From IMG/VR virus record IMGVR_UViG_3300028864_000014, positions 62,001 to 126,000 of that record: DNA of 64,000 nucleotides, one strand, 5' to 3'. Made by a program: the position numbers and the translations under genes. Shown here piece by piece: positions 20,385 through 30,519 of this stretch. A model generated the notes under the pieces. That model did not search any database. It had not been told where the DNA came from and saw nothing but the letters and a program-made list of their open reading frames with translations. Within the stretch, counting starts at the first letter, position 1; each line of letters begins with the position of its first letter.

Positions 20385-20730
20385 TTTTTGAATCTGATAT
20401 GCATGTTTTTCCTACAATATTCAATTCTCCTTTTTTTATCATATCTAATAGAGTAGGAATTGTATATGTAATAACATCACTAATTAATATAAATGTATCA
20501 TATTTACCGTATTTATCACCATGTATAAATTCATCTAAATCCATTTTTGAGATTTCTTCTGTGCCATCTTTGAAAATTGTATTAACTACAACTAATTGAT
20601 TTTTTTTTAATTTATCATAACATTCATGAGTAGAAATATTTACACCATCTGTTAAATTATTTGTATCTGGATTAAGAACAAATAAAAATAAATTACCATC
20701 TATTCTTAATACCACGCCATCATACTTCAT
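20362..20730 (-). CDS. hypothetical protein
   Basis: 122 aa ORF overlapping both neighbours. Confidence 0.65.
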   Translation of the reverse strand: MKYDGVVLRIDGNLFLFVLNPDTNNLTDGVNISTHECYDKLKKNQLVVVNTIFKDGTEEISKMDLDEFIHGDKYGKYDTFILISDVITYTIPTLLDMIKKGELNIVGKTCISDSKNDDKNDE

Positions 20731-20971
20731 ATATCTTTATTAATTTTAAATATCTACTTAACTTTTTATTATTTTCTACTAATCTGTTTATATCTATTAT
20801 AACATCATTTATTGATAAAAAATCAATATTATTTAAATTATATGCAAAAAATTCTATTACATCAATTCTTTTTTCAAAAAATTTATTTTTTGGACTTCCA
20901 CATTTTTTAGCATAAACTAAGTGAAAACCATCAAAACTATCTATCTTATCATCAATTATTCCTTTTAACAT
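20720..20971 (-). CDS. hypothetical protein
   Basis: 83 aa ORF. Confidence 0.55.
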   Translation of the reverse strand: MLKGIIDDKIDSFDGFHLVYAKKCGSPKNKFFEKRIDVIEFFAYNLNNIDFLSINDVIIDINRLVENNKKLSRYLKLIKIYEV

Positions 20972-21023
20972 CTATTTTAAGAACTTGTTTTTATTTATAT
21001 ATAAAAAAAAATCAAAACAGTTT

Positions 21024-21737
21024 ATGATATTTATAGGATTAGATGTATCAAAAATTTCAACTGCACTATGTATTGAAAAAAATGGAATCACTAAATTATT
21101 TAGTTATTCTACTCAAAAAGATAATAATATATGGGTTAAAGATACCAACTCTATTATTAATTACAGACATATTAAATATTCATATCTAGATGAAGATGAT
21201 TATAGTAAATCTGAAATACTGAAGTTACAAAATTTTGATGAAGTTACAGATTTAATAATAAATGATATTTTTAATAATGTAGGAATATTAGATAGTATTA
21301 GAATAGGAATTGAAGGATTTTCTTATAATTCAAAAGGTCCAATATTTGATTTAATAGAATTTACAACTCTACTAAAATATAAATTATTACATAGAATAAA
21401 TAAATACGGGGAAATTCAAATTTTTTCACCAATAACACTTAAAATGGAAGCTTGTAAAATGGCATATAAACCTAGAATAGAAACTAAAGGAAAAAAGGTA
21501 ATTAAAGAAATAATACACAATGAAAATGATGAAGGTAAAAATGCTAAAGACTTTGATAAATGGGACATGCTTTACGCTTTAATTAAAAGTGATGTGAAAT
21601 TAGAACTAAAGGATTGGTGTGTAGAAAATATGGAAAAAATATCTAAGATAAAAAAAGTACCTAAGCCAATAGATGATGAGATTGATGCTATATTTCTATC
21701 ACAAATAATAAAAAAACAATATAATCAAAGAAAATAA
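21024..21737 (+). CDS. RuvC-like (RNase H fold) Holliday junction resolvase
   Basis: IFIGLDVS (Asp), IGIEGFSY (Glu) and DDEIDAIFL (Asp pair). Likely start is ATG 21024. Confidence 0.75.
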   Translation: MIFIGLDVSKISTALCIEKNGITKLFSYSTQKDNNIWVKDTNSIINYRHIKYSYLDEDDYSKSEILKLQNFDEVTDLIINDIFNNVGILDSIRIGIEGFSYNSKGPIFDLIEFTTLLKYKLLHRINKYGEIQIFSPITLKMEACKMAYKPRIETKGKKVIKEIIHNENDEGKNAKDFDKWDMLYALIKSDVKLELKDWCVENMEKISKIKKVPKPIDDEIDAIFLSQIIKKQYNQRK

Positions 21738-21890
21738 TTAATATATAATCATTGTATATTTCAAGCATTTAAGTGGGGGAAATATATAATATATATAGTA
21801 TATATATCATGATCTTGCATCTTTTTTATAAATGATTGATTATTAATAATATACAAACTAAGAAAATTATACAAAATTTAAAATTTAAAT

Positions 21891-22793
21891 ATGTTTGAAG
21901 ACGGTAAAGAATACAAATTTAAAAATAAAGACATAAAAGTATTTGGTCCAAAAGCTAATGAGGCTCAGCAGATTGATCCTAATATCATACCAAAATTTCC
22001 TATCAATAAACCTGTTAAATTTGATGTAGAACTAATGAAAAAGGCAATTAAGTATGGATTAGTTATACTTATTAATTATAGAGGTGAAGAAGATCGTTGG
22101 AAAGGTGGTAGAGAAAGAACTATTCAGCCTATGGTACTTGGTGTTAATAAAAATACTAAAAATATGTTGGTGAGAGGGTTTCATCTTGAAGGATGGTCAG
22201 TGTCTCAAAAAGCAGAAACAAAAAAAGTGTGGAGATTATTTAAAACTGATAATATTGTATCAATGACATTCACAGGAAACTTTTTCCGTTTACCTCCTAT
22301 TGGATATAAGATGAATGATAGGGTAATGACAGAAAAAATATTAGCCAAAGCAGATTTTAATGAAATAAGAAGAAACCAGAACACTTTATTAAAAGGTGGA
22401 CAGATACAATCAGAAGAAGAAACAACTATCTCCACCCCAACGGGAGGAGTAGTGAGCATTGAAATAACCAACTCTAATAGTCAGATAGATTTAAAAACAC
22501 CGTCAAAGAATTTACTTATAAACAAAAACAATTATGATCCTAATAGATTTTTGAGAGATTCAAGTACAAAATCTATGAAATTTTCAGTTATGAAAAGTAT
22601 GTTTGGTAATAATTATCTTGTATTAGTAGGTGCGATGGGTACAATTAATAGACAAATTAAAGTATATGATGGTAAAAAATTAATAGGTAATTATAGATGT
22701 ATTAAAACATTTTTAGGATCTGATTTAAGTAATAATAAAATTGTAGATGGTAAAAATATATTTGACTTATACGTATTTAATAGAAAAATTTAA
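21891..22793 (+). CDS. WYL-domain protein
   Basis: INY...RERTIQPMVLG...LVRGFH...WRLFKTDNI matches the WYL pattern (Y...R.I.P..L...L.a...R.Fr.drI). Confidence 0.7.
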   Translation: MFEDGKEYKFKNKDIKVFGPKANEAQQIDPNIIPKFPINKPVKFDVELMKKAIKYGLVILINYRGEEDRWKGGRERTIQPMVLGVNKNTKNMLVRGFHLEGWSVSQKAETKKVWRLFKTDNIVSMTFTGNFFRLPPIGYKMNDRVMTEKILAKADFNEIRRNQNTLLKGGQIQSEEETTISTPTGGVVSIEITNSNSQIDLKTPSKNLLINKNNYDPNRFLRDSSTKSMKFSVMKSMFGNNYLVLVGAMGTINRQIKVYDGKKLIGNYRCIKTFLGSDLSNNKIVDGKNIFDLYVFNRKI

Positions 22794-22796
22794 AAT

Positions 22797-23144
22797 ATGA
22801 AGCACTTAAGATTATTTGAGAATGAGTTATCGTATAAATATAAAGTAGGTGATTATGTATTAATTAACTATGATACTAAATCTAAAACATTATCAAAGTT
22901 GAAGGATTTTGTAAATATTCATATAGGAAAAATACTGTTTATTGACGATAAAAGTTTAATTATTCAATATAATAATCCACCAGATAAATTGAATCATTTT
23001 TTTTCTGATAAAGTAGTAGGCAATAAAAATATTAAAAATTCTGTGTTTTTTTGGAATAAAATAAATACAATAAGAAGATTGGCAACAGAAGATGAAATAT
23101 CAGAATATGAAGTAGTTAAAAATACAAATAAATTTAATATATGA
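22797..23144 (+). CDS. CTS-like/KFNI-tagged small protein (KVGDYV, SH3/KOW-like)
   Basis: Starts MKHLRLFEN, contains KYKVGDYV, ends NTNKFNI. Confidence 0.75.
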   Translation: MKHLRLFENELSYKYKVGDYVLINYDTKSKTLSKLKDFVNIHIGKILFIDDKSLIIQYNNPPDKLNHFFSDKVVGNKNIKNSVFFWNKINTIRRLATEDEISEYEVVKNTNKFNI

Positions 23145-23482
23145 AACATTTGAAATTATATGAATCTAATCTCATACCTAAATATAAAGTAGGTGATTAT
23201 GTTCATTTAGGTATGGAGCCAGATTTTACTTATGATGATTGCTTAGGACAAATACTTAAAATAGATAAAAACGGATTCATAAAAGAACCTGAAGAAACAG
23301 ATTCAGATAAAAATCATGATTATTATATTAATACATTAAATCCTTACCCATATAAAGTTAAAATATTAGATGGTAAATTCGATGCAGAAGAAGGTTTAAT
23401 AGATAGATATCTGAATAAAGATGAAATAGAATATTTTGAGTATTTATTAAAGAATAATGATACTAAAAAATTTAATATATGA
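23141..23482 (+). CDS. CTS-like/KFNI-tagged small protein (KVGDYV)
   Basis: Starts MKHLKLYES, contains KYKVGDYV, ends DTKKFNI. Confidence 0.75.
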   Translation: MKHLKLYESNLIPKYKVGDYVHLGMEPDFTYDDCLGQILKIDKNGFIKEPEETDSDKNHDYYINTLNPYPYKVKILDGKFDAEEGLIDRYLNKDEIEYFEYLLKNNDTKKFNI

Positions 23483-23739
23483 GTAAATTAATTAATGATA
23501 TACATAAAATGTTGGGGTATATTAAAATCATACAACAATATAATTTTTTTTCACAATTAGGAAACGAAGAAGAAATTGATTATTTAAGAGATAAAGTAGA
23601 TAACCTTTATTATATCGATGATACAGATAAACTCATAAAAGATTTTGAATGGTGTGCTGATATGGTTAATCAGCTTTACAATGAAGTTGATCCTGAATTC
23701 AAAAAGAAATTATTAAAAGAAGAACAAGAGCAAGATTAA
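23479..23739 (+). CDS. hypothetical protein
   Basis: 86 aa ORF with an ATGA overlap with the upstream gene. Confidence 0.65.
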   Translation: MSKLINDIHKMLGYIKIIQQYNFFSQLGNEEEIDYLRDKVDNLYYIDDTDKLIKDFEWCADMVNQLYNEVDPEFKKKLLKEEQEQD

Positions 23740-23740
23740 C

Positions 23741-23772
23741 AAAAAAACTCAGATTAAATCTGAGTTTTTTTT
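23741..23772. terminator. bidirectional intrinsic terminator
   Basis: AAAAAAACTCAGAT-TAA-ATCTGAGTTTTTTT between convergent genes. Confidence 0.85.
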
Positions 23773-24244
23773 ATCTACCATATCTATCACCAGGATATTT
23801 CTTATCAATTTCTTTCCACATTTCAAATGAACGTTTAAATAACTCAAATTTATTTTCAATGAAATCAGTTACCCCGTCATCTGTTGTACTATCTATATTA
23901 AAATGTTCAATAACATTTGATGGTAAATTCTCAAGATTGTTTTTTATTCCTAAAAAATAATATTTACTTTTTTCAGTTAAATAATAATTTATAGATTCAA
24001 TTAATTTTTTAATATAATCTGATTCACCATAATCCGATAATGTATCACCCATTAGACTTATTTTTCTTTCATCATTTTTCTCTCTTTCCACTGTATATGC
24101 ATCACTTGTTATTCCTTTTTGACTAGGATTTTTATCAAAGTCTTCATCTGAAATTGGTTTTTTATGTTCGCCATCAATTTTTCCACCATATGGAAATTTT
24201 ATATATTCTTTTATATATTCTCCATAGTCTACTATTTTTTTCAT
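23771..24244 (-). CDS. hypothetical protein with CTS-like N-terminus
   Basis: Starts MKKIVDYGEYIKE. Confidence 0.7.
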   Translation of the reverse strand: MKKIVDYGEYIKEYIKFPYGGKIDGEHKKPISDEDFDKNPSQKGITSDAYTVEREKNDERKISLMGDTLSDYGESDYIKKLIESINYYLTEKSKYYFLGIKNNLENLPSNVIEHFNIDSTTDDGVTDFIENKFELFKRSFEMWKEIDKKYPGDRYGR

Positions 24245-24262
24245 GCCTTTTATATTTTTTTT

Positions 24263-24607
24263 TTATATATTAAATTTATTAGTTGATATTAATAAATCCA
24301 AATCATCTCTTGTTATTATTGACCAATTATCCTTATTATTCCAATCATAATCTGGATATTTGTCTAATATATAATCTAATCTACGCTCTGCTTGTTTTGT
24401 TGTAAAAAAACAAGCTGTGTTATTAATATTATAAATTGTATTTGAATTAAATTTATTAATATCAATAGAAGATATTACATCACTAGATTCATATGGAAGA
24501 TTCATCAATATCAATTTATCACCTTTAGTTGGTCTATTCAAAATTAATAAATATTTTTGTTTATTTTCTTCTTTCTTTTTAAATATGTTAAATTTTTCTA
24601 CTATCAT
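24263..24607 (-). CDS. CTS-like/KFNI-tagged small protein, paralog of 24610..24948
   Basis: MIVEKFNIFK...YLLILNRPTKGD...STNKFNI. Confidence 0.75.
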   Translation of the reverse strand: MIVEKFNIFKKKEENKQKYLLILNRPTKGDKLILMNLPYESSDVISSIDINKFNSNTIYNINNTACFFTTKQAERRLDYILDKYPDYDWNNKDNWSIITRDDLDLLISTNKFNI

Positions 24608-24609
24608 AA

Positions 24610-24948
24610 TTATAAATTAAATTTATTTGTAGTGAATAAAAAATTCAACTCGTCAAAAGTTTTTATCATCCAATTATTTCTATTAGTCCATTGAGAATCA
24701 CTATATTTATGTAGTATATTATCTAATCTATCATTGGCTAATTCAATTGTAGGAAAACTTTCAATATTATTATTTTTCCCTTTTAGAATATTTATATTAC
24801 TTGAATTTATTTCATCAGTAGTAATAAAATCCTCAATTCCGTGAGTAAGTTTATATAATATAGAATAATCTCCTTCATTTGGTCTGTGTAAAATCAAGAA
24901 ATATTTTTCTTCTTTGTTTTTAAATATATTAAATCTTTCTATTATCAC
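24610..24948 (-). CDS. CTS-like/KFNL-tagged small protein, paralog of 24263..24607
   Basis: MIIERFNIFK...YFLILHRPNEGD...TTNKFNL. Confidence 0.75.
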   Translation of the reverse strand: MIIERFNIFKNKEEKYFLILHRPNEGDYSILYKLTHGIEDFITTDEINSSNINILKGKNNNIESFPTIELANDRLDNILHKYSDSQWTNRNNWMIKTFDELNFLFTTNKFNL

Positions 24949-24963
24949 ATTCTAATATTATTT

Positions 24964-25395
24964 TTATAAATTAAATTTCATAGTAGATTTTATCCATGTT
25001 GGAGTATAATTTACCGCATTTAGAAATAAATAGAATGAAAAAATGAAATATGAACTCTTCCAATCCATTGATGTTTTATTCGTATATTCTTCTATTTCAT
25101 AATATAATTTAGGAGTATTTTCTATTTTTGTTATTATAGAATTTAATGTATATTTTTTTATTTCTCTTTGAGTTTTTTTATCTTTCTTTTTATCCTCTGT
25201 TTTCCAGACATCAGGATGTTTATACATAAATATTAGCATAGAAAATTCATCATAACAAGAAATTGGTATATTTCTATATGTGTAATTATCAGTTATTTTT
25301 TCACCATATTTATTCTTATATATTTTTTCATAATTATTTATAAAAATTTCAGTATCAGAGCTAATTTTTATGACTATATTATTTTTTTCTATCAT
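24964..25395 (-). CDS. KFNL-tagged hypothetical protein
   Basis: Ends STMKFNL but lacks the CTS-like start; TAATTTTG box on the minus strand at 25430-25423. Confidence 0.7.
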   Translation of the reverse strand: MIEKNNIVIKISSDTEIFINNYEKIYKNKYGEKITDNYTYRNIPISCYDEFSMLIFMYKHPDVWKTEDKKKDKKTQREIKKYTLNSIITKIENTPKLYYEIEEYTNKTSMDWKSSYFIFSFYLFLNAVNYTPTWIKSTMKFNL

Positions 25396-25486
25396 ATTAA
25401 ATTTGTTTATAAGTACAATTTACAAAATTATAAAAAATACTCACAAAATATTAATAAATTGCATATTATTATATTTTTTTATATTA

Positions 25487-25924
25487 TTACAAGTTAAATT
25501 TGTTCGCATTTCTTATTAAATTCAATTCTTCAATAATAATTTTTTGTTTTTCTGTTATATTTCCATAAATAGTAAATGGTGAATTGACATTAATTCTATA
25601 TTCAATATTAGGATAATTTTTTAATATTAATGATAATATCACAAATTCTTTTTCTTTGTGTTGTAGTGTTCCTTTATATCCAACAGTACATTCATGAACT
25701 TTATCAATAATACCTGTACATCCTTCTACAATTGGTATGAATTCAAATAAACTATTATCATAACCATAATTAAAATTAAATTTAACTACTTTACCAGGAG
25801 CTAACAAATCTGTAATAAATTTTTTTATTTTATTCTGGTTTCCATTATAATAAATCATCAAATCATTTAAAATTAATGTTGTTTCATTTTCTACATTCTC
25901 AAATACTTTAAAATTTGTTATCAT
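25487..25924 (-). CDS. CTS-like/KFNL-tagged small protein, paralog of 25921..26343
   Basis: MITNFKVFEN...ILNDLMIYYNG...NANKFNL. Confidence 0.75.
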   Translation of the reverse strand: MITNFKVFENVENETTLILNDLMIYYNGNQNKIKKFITDLLAPGKVVKFNFNYGYDNSLFEFIPIVEGCTGIIDKVHECTVGYKGTLQHKEKEFVILSLILKNYPNIEYRINVNSPFTIYGNITEKQKIIIEELNLIRNANKFNL

Positions 25925-26343
25925 ATATTAAATTTTTTTGCTTCTCTTTTTATATTTATATCATTAACAATTTTTTTAATTTCATCAGGAACATAGCCAT
26001 AAATAGTAGTTGGAGAATTTGTGTCTACATCATGATCATATTTTATTCTTTTTAATATTATTGTTAAATATATATAATGAAATTCATTACTAAATCCATA
26101 TGATCTACCTCGTATTACACCTTTGTGATGTTTATTTGAATGCATAAAATTGGTTACTCCATTAATCATCATGGTACATTTTTTACAATCAAATTCAACT
26201 ATATTGTTATCATTATAATCAAGTAATTTAAATATGAAATTTCTTATTGAGTCATCATCACCATCGAAATAATCTATTACGTCATTTAAAATTATTGTAA
26301 TCTTATCTTCTGAGTTCTCAAATATTTTGAATTCTGTTATCAT
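25921..26343 (-). CDS. CTS-like/KFNI-tagged small protein
   Basis: Likely start ATG 26343 (MITEFKIFEN); ends EAKKFNI; ATTATATATATAC upstream. Confidence 0.75.
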   Translation of the reverse strand: MITEFKIFENSEDKITIILNDVIDYFDGDDDSIRNFIFKLLDYNDNNIVEFDCKKCTMMINGVTNFMHSNKHHKGVIRGRSYGFSNEFHYIYLTIILKRIKYDHDVDTNSPTTIYGYVPDEIKKIVNDINIKREAKKFNI

Positions 26344-26455
26344 GTAGGTATATATATAATTATTTTTCAAAAAATATAAACAATTTAAATATTTTTCTAT
26401 AATATAAAAAGTATAATTTTTTCAAATAATTATACAATATTTCAAATTAAATTGT

Positions 26456-26463
26456 TATCTTTG
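26456..26463 (+). promoter_or_regulatory. Bacteroidota-type -7 box TATCTTTG
   Basis: Intergenic, 40 nt upstream of the SbcCD fusion gene. Confidence 0.6.
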
Positions 26464-26503
26464 TAAAAACCACATAAGATAAAAAATAATATTCAATAAA
26501 TAT

Positions 26504-29500
26504 ATGAAAATTGCACACTTAGCTGATGTTCACATTAGAAATCTAGAAAGACATGAAGAATATGATAAGATTTTTCAAAAAATTATAAAAAAATTACAAG
26601 AATTACAACCAGATAGAATAGTTATTGTAGGAGATTTATTTGAAAGTTACATTGAAATTTCAAATGAAGCTGAAATTATCGCTGGAGATTTCTTGAATAA
26701 GTTATCAAATATTGCGAAAGTAATAATAGTCAGAGGTAATCATGACATAAGAAAGAAAAGTTTAAATAGAGTTGATAGTATAGAAACTGTAGTTAAACTT
26801 ATGAATAATCCAAATGTAACTTACTATGATAAAACTGGTTTTTATGATGATGATAATGATAATTTCGTTTGGGTTGTGTATGAGCACTCAGATAAAGATA
26901 ATGATCCATGGTTAAATAATAAAAAAACTGATGATAAAATTCATATTGGATTATTTCATGATCCAGTTTTAAATGTAACATCAAATACAGGAAAAGTATT
27001 TAATGATGCTAATAAATATAAAAATATAAATTATTTTAATAATAATGATTTTGTTCTTATTGGTGATATTCACAAGCGTCAATATTTAAGAAACGATAAA
27101 TCTGCAGCATATTGTGGTTCAACAATCCAACAATCTTATGGTGAAACTGTTGAGAATCATGGTTTTTTATTATGGAATATTAAATCACCTTCTGATTTTA
27201 ATGTTACTGAATATGATATTGAAAATGATCATACATTTATAAATTTATATATTGATGAATCATCAGACTATGATAATTTAAATTTATCTGCTAATAATAT
27301 TGGAAAAGACACTGAGATTAAAGTTCATTGGAAAGAATACTCTTCAATCATTAATACAGTAAATGAAAAGAAGATACGAGATTATATTAAAAATAAATTT
27401 AACACAATTAAGGTAGTTTTTGAAAAAAATTATTTATATACAGATATATTATCATCTAAGATGTTATCAGAATCTATTGATTTGACTGATACTGAAACTC
27501 AAAGAGAAATATTTAATGAGTATTTAGTAGAACAGAAGTATAAAAAAGATGACATTGAATCTATACTTAATATTGATGATATCATCAATAGTAGAATACA
27601 ATTAGTAGATGTTTTGAAGAATACAGAATGGAGTATTGATAAATTCTGGTTTAGTAATTTTAAGTCTTATGGAGACGACAATGTAATAGAATGGAAAGAT
27701 ATTAATGGAATTGTACAGATTCATGGTGAAAATCAGGAAGGAAAAACTACGATTCTTGATGCTCTTACTTATATTCTATATGGTAAAACTACAACAACAT
27801 TAAGTCCTGAAAAATTTGGAGACTCTAGATACATAAATAATAAAAGAGAATTAGATTTTGTTAATGGTGGAGCAGTAATTAATTCAAATGGTAATAAATT
27901 TGTAATTCAGAGAAAGACTGAAAGAGTTTGGAATAAGGCACACACATCTTTAACAAGTTGTCCTACATCTTTAGATTTCTATAAGAGTGAAGATATTTGT
28001 GAAAAAAATAAATTAACTGATGAAGTTAAAAGTAAAACTCAAAAAGAATTAGATTCTATTTTAGGAGATTTGAAGGATTTTATTAGACTATCATTCACCA
28101 ACGCTGATAATTTAAATGATTTATTATCTGAAAATAGAAGTATTTTCATGGATAATATTATTAGAGATGCTGGATATGATATATTTGAAACTAAATCAAA
28201 TGAATTTAAAGAATATAAAAAAGAAATTATAGAAGAAAAATTAATTGTAAATATTCAAGATTCAGAAGAAAATATAAAAGAATTAAATTCTGATATAGTT
28301 GATATTAAAGCAATAGTAGATACTAATATTTCTGAAATTGAAAGAATAGAAAAAGAATTATTATTGTATAATATCACTAGAGATGAATTAAATAAAAAAT
28401 TAAGTAATATTGATTTATCAATGTTAACTTTCAATGAAGATTTGAATTTAAATACAATTAAGAATTATAATACTAAAATTGAAGAATCTAAAATACAAAG
28501 AGTTAATTTAGAAAAAGAAATTGATAAATTACCTACTGAGTTTGATTCATCTAAACTTGATGATTTTAAAATTAAATTGAAGCAAACAAATTTAAAAATT
28601 TCAGAGTTAAAAGATAAAATTTCAACTTTAAAAAATTCATTGTTAGAATCAGATGGAAAGATTGATAAAGTTAATGTTAAGATTGAAGAACTGAAGCAAA
28701 ATGAGATTAAAAAAATACTATCAAAAATAACAGCAAATGATTTGCAAATTGAAGTTATTAAAAATAAAAAATCTAATATTATAAAAGATGAGATAAAAAA
28801 AATAACTTCTCAAATTCAAGTTTTTGAATTAGAATCCATAGAATTAGCATCGAATATAAAACTTTTACAAAAAGATGGTATTAATGCTAAAAAATCAAAT
28901 GATGAATTAGATAAAGAAATTGAAACATTTAAAAATTCAAAATCATGTCCTAGTTGCGGTAGAGCTTATGATAAAAATGATCCAAATTACTCAGAACACT
29001 TAGCTCATTTAGAAGATAAAATTAGAAGTCTTGAAATTAAAAAAGAACCAAATTTATTAATAATAAAAGATTGTTTATTGAAATATAAAGAATTGAAAAA
29101 TGATTCAATTGATTGTAATTCAAATATCTTTAATTATGAAGATATGAAAAAAAGATTAGAACAAGGTGATTATAATGAAGATATATTATCAAAATTAAAA
29201 GATGTCGGTAGTAGCAAGACATTGAGACAAGATAATATAGAATTGAATATATCAATTGAAAATATTGAAAATAATAACTTTGATAATTATTTAACATTAA
29301 ATGAAAATATTGATAAGGGTAAAACTCTAATAACAAACATAGAAAAAGGAAAAGATAATACTTTACAATTAATAAAAAACATCGAAGTAGAATTAAAAGA
29401 AATCAATATCGATGATATTGAAAATAATATTACAATAGAAGAAATTAAGAAAGATAATTTTGATTTGAGAAATAAAAAAATATCGAATAGAGATAATATT

Positions 29501-30256
29501 ATTTTGACACTTGAAAATTTTAATTTTAAAATTAAAGAATTAAAATCAGAAATTGAAAAATACCAAGAATATAAAGTTAAAATTGATGAAAATAAAAAAA
29601 TTCAAATTTCAATTGATGATGTAGATTATAATATTAAAAATTATAAAGAAAAAATAAAAGATTTTTCAAAAATAAATATTGATTTAGAAAAAAACATTCT
29701 TCTTAAAGAAACTGACATATTTAATATATCTACTAAAATAAAAAAATATTTAAAGCAAAAGAAACGAGATGAGTTATTAAAGGAGTATCAAAAATGTATT
29801 AGTCGTGATGGATTACCTACATTTTTATTAAAAAAATCCATTCATTTAATAAATAAAGAATTGAATGATTTACTGAGTAATGTTGATTTTACATTATTCT
29901 TTGATGAAAATTTGAATTTGAGACTTAGTGCAGATGATAGACTTGATACTAGTCAAAATGCTATTGAAAGCTCTGGTAAGGAAAGGACATTTTGTGCCCT
30001 TGCTTTGAAAATATCTTTGAGACAAATAAATGTAAAATCCAAATCTACTTTCATTGTTTTAGATGAAATTATGGGTAAATTAATTGATGGTAAGAAAACA
30101 AAATCTGTTCAACAATTTTTAGAATTTATTGATGAATTGAAATATAAAGTAAATAAAATAGTAATTATTGAGCAAGTGCATAATATAAATTTTGATGCTT
30201 CAATTGAAGTTGATAAAGACGATGAATTAATTTCTCACTTAGAATTAGTTTATTAA
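26504..30256 (+). CDS. fused SbcD-SbcC (Mre11-Rad50; T4 gp47-gp46-like) nuclease-ATPase
   Basis: Phosphoesterase motifs ADVH, VGDLF, RGNHD and GDIH; Walker A GENQEGKTT; coiled coil with CPSC Zn hook; SSGKE signature; Walker B IVLDE. Confidence 0.92.
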   Translation: MKIAHLADVHIRNLERHEEYDKIFQKIIKKLQELQPDRIVIVGDLFESYIEISNEAEIIAGDFLNKLSNIAKVIIVRGNHDIRKKSLNRVDSIETVVKLMNNPNVTYYDKTGFYDDDNDNFVWVVYEHSDKDNDPWLNNKKTDDKIHIGLFHDPVLNVTSNTGKVFNDANKYKNINYFNNNDFVLIGDIHKRQYLRNDKSAAYCGSTIQQSYGETVENHGFLLWNIKSPSDFNVTEYDIENDHTFINLYIDESSDYDNLNLSANNIGKDTEIKVHWKEYSSIINTVNEKKIRDYIKNKFNTIKVVFEKNYLYTDILSSKMLSESIDLTDTETQREIFNEYLVEQKYKKDDIESILNIDDIINSRIQLVDVLKNTEWSIDKFWFSNFKSYGDDNVIEWKDINGIVQIHGENQEGKTTILDALTYILYGKTTTTLSPEKFGDSRYINNKRELDFVNGGAVINSNGNKFVIQRKTERVWNKAHTSLTSCPTSLDFYKSEDICEKNKLTDEVKSKTQKELDSILGDLKDFIRLSFTNADNLNDLLSENRSIFMDNIIRDAGYDIFETKSNEFKEYKKEIIEEKLIVNIQDSEENIKELNSDIVDIKAIVDTNISEIERIEKELLLYNITRDELNKKLSNIDLSMLTFNEDLNLNTIKNYNTKIEESKIQRVNLEKEIDKLPTEFDSSKLDDFKIKLKQTNLKISELKDKISTLKNSLLESDGKIDKVNVKIEELKQNEIKKILSKITANDLQIEVIKNKKSNIIKDEIKKITSQIQVFELESIELASNIKLLQKDGINAKKSNDELDKEIETFKNSKSCPSCGRAYDKNDPNYSEHLAHLEDKIRSLEIKKEPNLLIIKDCLLKYKELKNDSIDCNSNIFNYEDMKKRLEQGDYNEDILSKLKDVGSSKTLRQDNIELNISIENIENNNFDNYLTLNENIDKGKTLITNIEKGKDNTLQLIKNIEVELKEINIDDIENNITIEEIKKDNFDLRNKKISNRDNIILTLENFNFKIKELKSEIEKYQEYKVKIDENKKIQISIDDVDYNIKNYKEKIKDFSKINIDLEKNILLKETDIFNISTKIKKYLKQKKRDELLKEYQKCISRDGLPTFLLKKSIHLINKELNDLLSNVDFTLFFDENLNLRLSADDRLDTSQNAIESSGKERTFCALALKISLRQINVKSKSTFIVLDEIMGKLIDGKKTKSVQQFLEFIDELKYKVNKIVIIEQVHNINFDASIEVDKDDELISHLELVY

Positions 30257-30279
30257 AATAAAAATGATCATAAAAGTAA

Positions 30280-30519
30280 ATGGGAGTTGTAAGAACTATT
30301 AAAGGAGATGATGGTAAGCCATATATATCATTGGAGGATTTGATTGGTGAAGTTGAAGAAGCCAGGAATTTTAGTATAGAATACAATAAAGAGGGTAAGA
30401 GAAAAATTGATTTTGTGGAGATTATATTATCAACATTACATAATATGGAAAAAGATTATTATGAGAAATATCTATTTAGAAGAAATGATGACGAAAAAAA
30501 AGATAATGATAAATTATGA
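30280..30519 (+). CDS. hypothetical protein
   Basis: 79 aa ORF. Confidence 0.65.
   Translation: MGVVRTIKGDDGKPYISLEDLIGEVEEARNFSIEYNKEGKRKIDFVEIILSTLHNMEKDYYEKYLFRRNDDEKKDNDKL

Noticed and set aside
21738-21890. Replication origin in the TA-rich spacer
   Set aside because: No iterons or other support beyond TA repeats, which are common in this genome and resemble the late-promoter motif.
1342-26343. KFNI-stop being merely a by-product of an embedded late promoter (AAA TTT AAT ATA TAA contains TTTAATATATAA)
   Set aside because: Rejected as the sole explanation. Several copies use codons that destroy the DNA motif but keep the peptide (AAC TTG, TTC AAT ATT, TAT AAT CTA), and three overlap the next start codon directly. 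Dual use remains possible at 1356 and 24263.
7089-26370. Longest-ORF starts at 9476, 11666, 15152, 15473, 20985 and 26370
   Set aside because: The extensions run through promoter-like T/TA tracts. Downstream ATG/GTG starts (9434, 11696, 15074, 15509, 21024, 26343) fit the leaders and motif starts better.
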